Source: Nitrospirota bacterium
GTDB taxonomy: Bacteria; Nitrospirota; UBA9217
Length of the DNA stretch: 64,000 nt
Reading direction: 5' to 3'
Assembly (NCBI GenBank): GCA_035623825.1
Contig: DASPSR010000061.1
Location: forward strand, 8,953 to 72,952
The position numbers and the translations under genes are program-made. Below are positions 38,422-49,200 of this stretch, one piece after another. Within the stretch, counting starts at the first letter, position 1, and each line of letters opens with the position of its first letter. The notes beneath the pieces were generated by a model, which saw only the letters and a program-made list of their open reading frames with translations, was not told the DNA's origin and ran no database searches.

Positions 38422-40005
38422 GTGAAAATAACGGATCTGCGACTCCTCCACGCGATAGTGATGATCATTGCATATGCGGCTCTCCTGTCCCGCCCGTGTT
38501 GTGCGGGGGAAGCCGGCAACACGGGATTCGAGATCAAAGCATTCGAGGTCACCAGTAACACCCTGATTCCCGATGATAAACTGCGCAGCGCGGTTGCCTC
38601 TTTTACCGGGGTAGGAAAAACAGCGACTGACGTGGAGAACGCGCGGGACGTCCTGGAGAAACTGTATCACGATGCCGGCTATCCCACAGTGATAGTGAAC
38701 ATTCCGGAACAGACCCTGCAGGACGGAATCGTCAAACTGCAGGTCATCGAAAGCAGGGTAGGCAGGATCAGGGTTACGGGCAACCGGTATTTCACCATAG
38801 AGAAGCTGTTGAAGGACTTGCCTTCCCTTGCTCCGGGCACGATAATTTATCTGCCGGATGTTCAGAAGGAGATTGGACGTCTGAATGCAAGCCAGGACAT
38901 CAAGGTCGATCCCATCATGTCACCGGGCAAGGAAGTCGGGACCATCGACGTGGAGCTCAGGGTAGAGGATCATCTCCCGCTGCACGGTTATCTGGAACTG
39001 AACAACCGGGCGAGCCCGAATACATCGCCGCTGCGGCTGAATGCGCTCGTCCACTACGACAATCTCTGGCAGCAGGAGCATTCTCTCTCCCTCCAGTGCC
39101 AGGTAGCGCCCGTGAACCCGAAAGACGCAAAAGCGCTTGCCGTTTCTTACGCTATTCCGGCGCCATGGCAGAAGGAAGACCAGGTAGCCCTTTACGGGGT
39201 ATGGTCGGACAGTAATACGGCATTCGGCGAGGGATTCAGGGTTATTGGAAAGGGACAGATATACGGCATACGCGGAGTCACCACCCTGCCACCGTACAAA
39301 CTCTATGCCCATGCCGTGACCTTGGGTGTCGATTACAAACATTTCGATCAGGGCGGTTTCACAGGGGCAAGTGGCCCGATTTCGTATCTGCCTTTTATGG
39401 TTTCGTATAGCTCCTCGCTTCCCGATACTTGGGGAGGGATGACCCAGTTCGGTGTGGGATTGAACTTTTCACTGCGTGGAGTAGTCTCGAATGAGAGTGA
39501 ATTCGAGAACAATAGGTACCAGGCAATGGCGAACTATGTTTACGTCGTCGCGAGCATTACGCGTACCCAGAAGCTGCCATGGGGAATGGGTCTCCTCGTG
39601 AAGGTGGACGGACAATCCGCCAACCAGCCGCTCATCGTCAACGAACAGTATCTCGCCGGCGGCATGGAAAGCGTCCGCGGTTACAAGGAAAACGAGCAGG
39701 CTGGTGACAACGGCATGCACGGGATGATCGAGCTTTCCTTCCCGGACCCTTTCGAGAAATCCTCTGCGGCGAAGTTGATCCATATGAGTCCCTTTCTCTT
39801 CTATGATTTTGCCGCTTTGACCATTATCGACCCGCTTCCCACCCAGGCTGAAAAAATCAGGCTTGCGGGCACCGGCGCGGGAGTGCGCGGCCAAGTCTGG
39901 AAGCATCTCGAATATGAAGTAGACTGGTCTTTGGCCCTGAAAGACACGGACATAACGAAGAGAGATGACGAACGAGTGTATTTTATAGTGAAAGCGGAGT
40001 TCTGA
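38422..40005 (+). CDS. TpsB (ShlB/FhaC/HecB) two-partner secretion transporter
   Basis: POTRA motifs (LYHDAGY..V.VNIPEQ), GGMESVRGY, C-terminal Phe. Confidence 0.92.
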   Translation: MKITDLRLLHAIVMIIAYAALLSRPCCAGEAGNTGFEIKAFEVTSNTLIPDDKLRSAVASFTGVGKTATDVENARDVLEKLYHDAGYPTVIVNIPEQTLQDGIVKLQVIESRVGRIRVTGNRYFTIEKLLKDLPSLAPGTIIYLPDVQKEIGRLNASQDIKVDPIMSPGKEVGTIDVELRVEDHLPLHGYLELNNRASPNTSPLRLNALVHYDNLWQQEHSLSLQCQVAPVNPKDAKALAVSYAIPAPWQKEDQVALYGVWSDSNTAFGEGFRVIGKGQIYGIRGVTTLPPYKLYAHAVTLGVDYKHFDQGGFTGASGPISYLPFMVSYSSSLPDTWGGMTQFGVGLNFSLRGVVSNESEFENNRYQAMANYVYVVASITRTQKLPWGMGLLVKVDGQSANQPLIVNEQYLAGGMESVRGYKENEQAGDNGMHGMIELSFPDPFEKSSAAKLIHMSPFLFYDFAALTIIDPLPTQAEKIRLAGTGAGVRGQVWKHLEYEVDWSLALKDTDITKRDDERVYFIVKAEF

Positions 40006-40240
40006 TGTCGCTGAAAATATTCGGCTTAGGATCAGCGATTGCAATCCTCGATTATATACAGGACTTATGCGTCCTGTATTAAAGGTATCAAGAAAAATGG
40101 TTTATCCGATAAGCAGTTTTCCGGTCCGGTCTGTCGCCGGACTGGGATGATATCGTTTGTACTCCAGGAGTGATCGGTTCCAGGCCGCGACTGCGGATTC
40201 GACTGACGTCATCCGCGATGGAATCCTTGGAGGGGAAAAT

Positions 40241-43200
40241 ATGAAGACCGGTGTTTTTCATAAAATGCTCGGGCTGCTCTGCTGCGCGTCGCTCCTCTTT
40301 CCCCAATACGCCCTGGCAGGCGGCGTTAACATACCCGGTTTTACGGGCGTGGTTACGCCCCGCTCAACTGTGGCCGCACCGGCCCCTGCGCCCGCTCCCG
40401 TCACGGTCAATATACCCGGCTTTTACGGACCTGCTGTTACGCCTCCACTGCCAGCCCAGTTACCGATTTTAAAAAATGTCGTCCAGGGGGCAACGGTTGA
40501 GTCCCCTTTGAATAACCAGCTTACGATTGATCAGACTCAGCAGCAGGCCATCATCAACTGGGCATCCTTCAATATCGGTGCTGCTGCCTCCGTCACATTT
40601 AACCAACAGCATCAATCGGGCTGGGTCGCCGTGAACAGGATTTGGGACGCAAATCCCACGCTCATCTTCGGGAAGCTCTCGGCGGACGGAAAGATCTATC
40701 TGATAAATCAGAACGGCATCCTCTTCGGCCCAGGCTCGAAGGTGAATGTCAACGGCCTTGTGGCATCGGCACTCAATATCAAGGACAATGATTTTCTCAA
40801 CAACGTACTGAACTTCACGGCTATGGATTATCAAGGGTCAATCCTTAATCCTGTTCAGAATAATCCGAATTACCTTGCGGCTGTCTCAAACCTCGGGGAG
40901 ATAGACACCGCGGACGGAGGATACGTCTTTCTCATTGCTCCCCGCGTGGACAACTACGGCACGATCAATGCGCCAGCTGGCCAGCTTGGCCTCATCGCAG
41001 GAACGGACGTAAATTTACATGCCTCGCAAGGTACCAACCCCGCACAAACCTATGTTGTCATAATCAATGATTCCTTCCTCACGTCGCCAAAGAGCACTGA
41101 TGCCAACTTCGGCCGCGCGGTGAACGGGGACACGGGCAAGCTGAACGCAGACGGCGGTGTTGCCGGCATGTACGGTAACAACGTCGATCAGTGGGGTGTC
41201 ATCCGCTCCGTAACGGCTTTCAAGAACAATAAGGGCTACGTGGAGCTGATGGCAGCGAACAAGATCACGACAGGCGCTGACAGCAGCATCATGCTTCCGG
41301 TCGATAATGAAGTGGACCCGACGACCGGCTTGCCACCAACAATCAGCGAAACATTCGACATCCAGCCAACTGTGTTCATAGGAGGTTTAAACGGGACTAA
41401 CGCCGCTGCAACGCAGATCGATCTTGGGGGGAAAATCGTTGCCCCCGCAGGACAAGTTACACTGAGAGCCGCCAATCAAGTAGCCATGGAATCGGGCAGC
41501 GGCATTGACGTAAGCGGGGTCGTGGCAGACCTTTCTGTAGCCGTCATCACTGCAAAGCTGAACAGCATAGAGCTTCGGGACGATGACACCCAGAAGGGCG
41601 GGGTCCTGCAAGGGCAGAACATTACAACCCCTGTAACGGCGGGGTCCACAATAGGCAATCTCTCGCAGGACCTGCTGACGCAGGACAAGACGGCACAGGA
41701 ACGGCTCATCGGAGGCGATATAAGAAAGGTGGCAGTGCAAAACTCAAGTACTGGCCAAAGCAGCTGGTCATACAACTCCATAACAGGAAACATCAGTGTG
41801 AATGTGGCGAGCGGCGATATCATCGTCAAGCAAGGAGCCTCCCTCAATTTTGCCGGTGGGGAGATCAATTATGTTGGCGGCCTGGTGAATTCGACGAAAC
41901 TGCTTTCAGGCACGACCATTTACGACATAAGCAATGCCCCCGCCAATATCCAGTATGATCAGATCCTCGGAAATTATGTGAAGTCATACGCCCGGTTCGG
42001 TATGCAGCAGTCCTATACAGGCCTTTATTATGGCGGGGCATCTCCGGCTATGACGCACGAGACCGGCTACAGCGTAGGCGGCGATGCGGGCACGCTTTCG
42101 CTTTCAGCAACCACGATCGTCCTAAACGGTCAGATAAACGGCAGTGTGAATCGCGGCACGTATCAAAACGCCTGGACCACGTCAGCTTCGTATTCGTCTT
42201 CTGCCGATTATTATGAAGCGCTTATGCTTTCAAAGGCTGAGGGGCTCGAAACACCGCGAGCAGGAAATCTGACGATAAACGCATCGAATATCTCGGTTGT
42301 TTCCGAAACTGATACTCAAAACGATATAACGCCGGCGACCACTTCGCTGCTCTCGGCTAAGACCCTGAACAATGCAAACTTGGGCACACTCGGTCTCACC
42401 GCGGATCTGACCATTTCGACAGCTGCCGATGCCGCTCTTGCGCTTCAGCCGGGCGGGTCATTCACAGCGCAGGCAAGACTGATCAGTTACGAAGGACAGA
42501 TCACGGTCCCGGGAGGGAACATTAATTTGTACACCGTGCAGAATTCAACGAGCTATCGTGACACAAGTGGCAATCTCAACTCGAACTACGTAGCCCTCCC
42601 CAACGGCCTCACCGAGAGGATTGTTCTCGGGAGTAAAAGCGTTCTTGACGCATCCGGGCAACGGATCGATAACAGTCAGACCGGGACAGGAAATGCCGTT
42701 ACGACTCCCGGATTTACGAACGGAGGGAAAATATACATCGAGGATCAGACGGACCTGGGTGCCGGCGTCTTCTTGCAAAAGGGGGCCGTCGTGAACGTGA
42801 GCGGCGGCTATTCTATCGACCAGAAGGGCAAGGTCACAGGAGGAAGCGCAGGGGCCGTAATCATTCAGGGGGCGAACATCGAACTTGACGGATCTCTGCA
42901 GGGGTACGCATTGGCTGATCCGAAAGGAAAGCTCGCTGGAGGCGCCATAACTCTTACATCGCTCAATGCTTCAGTGGTCCCGGCTACATCGATTCCTCAG
43001 TGGTATGATTGGAGCACTTTCGATCCTTTGAGCAGCGATTCTTCTAGATCATCAATACCGGCTCAAATGAAAGGCATGTTCTACCTTGCTGATAACGAGT
43101 TCGGCGATACCGGCTTCACTCAGATCACGGTCAACAGCAAGAATGATGTCACTATAGGGAGCCCGGGGGGAGTAAATACGAATGTCGCTCCATCGTTGAT

Positions 43201-46200
43201 CAGATCGAAGAATCCGGTAGCGGCGCAAGCGGGGTTGAACGCAAAAACCGGGGAGCAGGAGGTCCCCGGAAATCCGAACCTCATCAGCCTCGACCCTTCC
43301 CTAGATTACATGGCCGGTCAATCGCAATTTACCGCCGCCGCAGGGGTCGCCTTTTCTTCTAGTTCAAGCGGAACAGGCTTTACAGGAATCTTAAGTCAGA
43401 ATTCCGCTCCCACAACGCTTTCGGTCTTAAACGGCACGATGATCCGGACAACGCCTGGCGGAAAAATAATCCTATCAAGCGGTGTGCCGGGAACGACAAC
43501 CGGCTCGGTCATGATGGACGGGAAGCTGGATTCTCGGGCCGGAACTATCAACGTAACGGCAACTGGCGGCAATCTTCTGATTGGCGAGAACGCTACGATC
43601 CTCGCGAAGGGGTTCAATACTCCTGATCCGTCATCAACCCCGAATGGCTTCAGCGTTAATCACCAGCCGATGAACGGCGGGAATGTTTCCCTGATTGCGA
43701 CAGCTAATGGGGACCAAGCAGGAACTGGAAACCTGACCATAGCTTCGGGGGCAACAATAGATGTGTCGGGATCGGACGCAGTCATGAATACGGTCCTGTC
43801 AGGAAGCAAGACGACCACCTATCAAACAGCGGGCAATCCCGGGAGCGTCTCCTTGAGCTACGGGGGCATCCCGGTATTGGAAGGTGCCGTAGTTGCCAAC
43901 AACGCGAATCTAAACGGCCTCGGAGGCATCGGCGGAGGCACACTGGCGATGACGTATACGTACCCGCTCAATTCTCCAGGAGCCAACAACATGTCCATCG
44001 GTAGCTATATTGGCTATTTTCTTAGGGGTGGCTTCGACGACCTGACATTCAAGAGCAATTATACTATTAGTTTCGACTCTGGCGACGTCAGCTATGTCAT
44101 CCCCCGGAAACTTACCCTGGACGCCCCGAATATCATCGGCACGGGAAACACGGTGACATTAAGCGCGGCCTGGATAGTGCTTAAAAACACTTCAACGGTT
44201 TCTCCGCAGCCCGCAAATTCAACGGTCCCAGCTGCCGGAAATTTAACGCTTTCCGGCGGATGGACCGATGCGTCAGGAATGCACAGCGGTTTTATCGATG
44301 TAATCGGAAGCATCCAGATCGACGGCTTTAAGGACGTAACGCTAAGGACCGACCAAGACATTACCCTGAGCCAGGCATTGTACAACGACAACTTCATAGC
44401 CGGGCAACATGGAAATCCGGGAACGGTCAATCCCGGAATGCTTGGGACAACTGGCGATCTCGTTCTTGATGCCGCCCGCATATATCCAGGCAATTACTAT
44501 GAATATGACAAGAACGGAAGCAAGATGTTCCCGTATATATACTCTGACTATACCGTGCAGGCCAATGGAAAGGTAACCCTGCAGCACACGTTCAGTAACA
44601 CAGACGCTGCTGCTGACCCGCCTATCTATTCAGCGGGTGGGAGCCTGACTATCATCAGCCGCGGTCTCAGCGGAAGCGGAGGTATCGACGTAGAACAAGG
44701 CGTGACTGTTGCAGCGCCCCTGGGGACCATCAATCTCAATGCACCGGGGAATCGAATCTATCTTGCGTCAGGCAGCACATTGACCATAGCCGCGAATGTG
44801 GCCAGTGTGCTCTATGGCGAGTTGGACCAGAACAACCTCTGGCTCGTTCCAGATAAGGCAAAGCCAGCCCCCGGCTCCGGCTCGGAATCATTTTTCACGC
44901 AAGACGCCCTTTCCAATAAAGGTATCAACCTTAATGCCGATGAAGTCATAACCCGGCAAGGTTCCAAGATCGACGTCTCCGGCGGCGGGTCAGTATTTGC
45001 ATACTCGTTCCAGCCGGGTGTGCAAGGCTCTGTTGATCCGCTCACCGAATCCGGACGCTACGTCGTGTTTAAAGCGGATACCGTTCCGATGCCGGGAACG
45101 GATGTATACCTTCAGGGTGAGGGAGGCCTGAGCGCGGGAATGTACACCCTGCTTCCCCTTGATTCTTCCCATCCGCAAAATGCCCGGTACGCATTCATGC
45201 CCGGGGCATATATTCTCGAGGTGCAGAAGGGCGCGTCCTTGCCGGCGCAGGGAGCGCTGTCACAAGACGGCTATCCCCTCGTTGTCGGATATTCCGCCAT
45301 TGCCGACACGTCGATAAAGAGCACGCAGCCTCAGGTTTACAGCGTACGTGCCGCATCCGAAGTCCTGACGACGGAGGGAAATTACGTGCAACCGGTCCCC
45401 TCTGTGTCCGGCAATGCCGGCAATATCAACATAACGGGCACTACGATGATCCTCGACGGACAGCTTAAAGCAGCGGCATTTGACGGGTATCAAGGCGGCA
45501 CGATCAGCCTGAAAGCTTCAAACATCACCGTTCAGTCGGAATCTGCATCGCCATTGGCGGGTATACTGTTTGATTTCAATACCCCGCTGTCTAAGGTCAA
45601 CAGCGGCCTCATGGGCAAATTGACCATTTCGTCTAACGGTATTACTGGCTTTCATGAAGTGGACCTCGGCGATGTGGATCAAACCGCGAAGGGTATAACA
45701 AACAGCATTACGGTAAAGGCGGGGGCGGAGCTCGATGCGGACATTATTTCCCTATCAGCGCGCGGGTCAGCGAGTTCCTCTATAACGCTTGAAGGCGGGT
45801 CCAAGCTTGTTGCAGCAACCGGAGACGGCGAGATCAATATCATTACGCCGGGTACTCTCGTTATCGGCGACAGCGGGTCCGCAGCAACCCTGCACGCCGC
45901 CCATGCGGTCAACATTACCGCGAACAATGTGACCGGGATGAACGGATCTTTCCAGTCAGAAGGAGGCGCTCTGACCTTAAACAGCAGCGCAATATTTTTC
46001 GATGACGGGACGCGCACCGACCCCGGCCTTCATTTGACACAGGCAATGTGGAACAATTTCACCGGATTTCAGGACTTCACATTGGTCAGCAACAGCGGCA
46101 GCAATGCAGGCATCCAGTTCCTGACAAGCGTCGATCTTACAGCAGTCAACAGCTTGACCCTAGACGCCAGCCGGATCGCCAATATGAGTCCGAATGCCAT

Positions 46201-49200
46201 TACCGTTAACCTGTCGGCGCCAACGATCAATTTCAAGAATTCGGGCACTTCTTCAACGTCACTGCCTGACGCCTCAATGGGCGCCGCTACCTTCACGGCA
46301 ACGGCCAAGCCTATAAACGCCGGAGGAGCCGGTACGATCAACTTCGGCGAAGGAGATATCCTGTTCGACAATTTCAAAATGATCGCTATCAACAGCCAGA
46401 ACGATTTGACGCTCCTGGGGAAGGGAAGCCTGAGCACAGGAAATGGAGATCTCGCTATCAGCGCGGCCCGAATGATCACCGCCAGCACGAGCAGGACAGT
46501 GACTGATACCGTGGATAACATACAAACGACAGCCATTACTGCTCCTGATTTCGTGATCTATACAGGCAGCAATTACAATAACGACATGCAGAGTACGCTC
46601 GGTCTCATCCCCGGCGGAGCGATCTCGATAAACGGCAATGGAAACTATAAACAGTCCCCTGCTCAGGGGGGAGGCATGCTGGAGATCTGGGGAACTTCGA
46701 TCAGGACTGACAATGGCGGCGTAATACAAGCCGACGGCGGAACGATCAAAATGGTTGCAACCGGGGGCGACATCGCCCTTAACAACACAAGCCAGATACT
46801 CGCAAAGGGAACAGTTGACGCGCCTGGTGGCCAGGTGTTCCTGCAGTCGACCAGCGGCGGCATCGTCATCGATAACACGTCCTCGATCGATGTCTCCGCA
46901 GGATCACAGGGTGACGCGGGGCTTATCAACATCAAGGCGCCGATAGGGGGCGTCACGATAAACGGCAATCTCGAAGGAAAGGCTCAGGGCGGAGCGGGAG
47001 GTTCCCTTGTTATCGATACTTATCAGTTTGATAATTCTGATACGACCAAGCCAAATACCGACATGGCGAATCTCCTGAACACTATTTCAGCTTCCAGCGG
47101 TGGTTTCACCGAAAGAATCGATCTGAGGGCGACCACAGGCGACATCGTTATCGGCTCCGACGTAAATGCGCACCACGTTAAACTGACCGCAGACGGAGCC
47201 ACCAGCGGCGGCAATATCGATGTAAACGGGAATATCATTGCCGATGCCGAGGGGACGGCAGGCGGAGGCATCGAGCTCTACGCCAAGAACAATCTTTCGA
47301 TCAACGGAGGTATTCGGGCTGTTTCCACGGTACCCGGCTCTCTCGATCCGAACGTGCTCCTGAGTTCAACTCAGGGGTCGGTCAGTATAAACGGGAAAAT
47401 AGATGTTTCCGACAGCAATGGGAATATGAACGGTATCGTCTATCTGCGGGCACTGCGTAACGCCAATAATAACGACATAAGCGCCTCCCTGGGTCCCCAA
47501 GGCTCTATCGTCGGCCAATCAACGGTTTACGCAGAAGCAGTCGATAAACCGGTCGATATATCTTCTTTGTCACCGTTGCAGACCCTGTCCCAGGAGATCA
47601 GCGCCACAACAGTCTTTTACAACAACTATGTGAATAATACTAGCAGTTTCGGATCTGGGATCAAGAACTTCCATCTCCTTCCGGGAATCGAGCTCTATAG
47701 TGCCGGGGATATTAACTGGAACACGGCACTGGATCTCACCGATTACCGCTTCGGGGGCGAACCGGGCGTCCTGACCATCCGTTCTGCAGGGAACCTCAAC
47801 ATTAATGCCAGCCTTGCTGACGCTCCTGCGTATGCGGCATCAGGTAATAATTTCATTACAGCAGCTCCTGCTGGGCGCAATTCCTGGGGATTTAATCTCG
47901 TCGCTGGAGCCGACCCTTCGAGCGCAGATTATATGGCTATAAACACGCTGGGCACGGGGAACCTCACCATAGCTGATAACGTTATCGTCTACACCGAGAG
48001 CGCGCCCATCCGTTTCGCCTCTGGTGGAGATACGGTTATCGGAACGGGACAGGCGATTTCTCACGCTAATTTCCCCAGTTACATGATTACTGACGGTATG
48101 TACTACAATCTGGCGTCATTCACCGGATCGATCCGAGGAAACATCGGCCGTGACCTCAATGTTTACGGCGCCATCCAGACAGCCACGGGTGACATCGACA
48201 TAAACGTTGGCCGCGATCTCAACCTCTTCGTCGGAAATGATTCGAGCTATGCCGGCGCCGGCGCTATCCGTACGACAGGGCAGCTTTCTGCTCAGGCGGC
48301 GAGCGATCCAATGGGGTCATATGCTCTGGACCCGAAACCTATAGATCCGGCAACTGGGCAGCCCTTTCAAACCATTATGCAACAAGATCCGGAAGGGACA
48401 TACTGGTGGAGGTATACAGGGGGCGGAAGCATCACGCTCGAGGTGGGCAGGCAAGTGGGTAAGCCGGTCAACGGAACGTGGGTTACCGCGGACGGAGCGG
48501 GCCAGCAGACAAGTGTTAGCTGGGACTATTATTCACAAATATACGTCACCATTAATAATTCTAGTTCGTATGCTTATTACGGGCTTTTTTCAGCCGACTA
48601 TATCTACGGCACAGCCGGCCTTGCCACGATGGGAGGAGGGAACCTGTCCGTCCGCACCGGCGGGGACTTCCTTGCGCAGGCTGGGACGTTCGGTTCGGGT
48701 AACCTTGCCATTTATTCCGGAGGGGATATCAGGGGCCGGTTTCTCAACGCGATGGGGCAGGGCGTTCAAGGACAAGAGAGCCAGGGGATAGGGGAGATCC
48801 ATGCCATGGGCAATGTCGGGGCGTCCGCATCACCGGTGCAGATCGAGCTTATTAACAGCAAGACGAATGTGACCGCCCAGGGAGAGATCCAGGTCGGCGC
48901 TGTGGTGAACCCCTCTCTGGCAAGCGATCAAATCGAGCAGTACCGGGCACAGGACTTCGTATATGACTCCTACACACCGGAGACGAGCATCAGTCTGAAA
49001 GCAGGAACTGATGTGACGCTTGCCGGAAGATCCCCCTATTATGAGAACCCGACCGCGGCCCAGACTTACGAGAGGGTCCTTCCCGCGCACGTGAGCGTTG
49101 TCGCCGGTGGCAATTTGTATATGCTGAACGACTTTACGCTCGCGTCAGCTTCCGATGGGAACCTCAGCCTTGATGTCAGGGGCGACGTGATAGGACAGGT

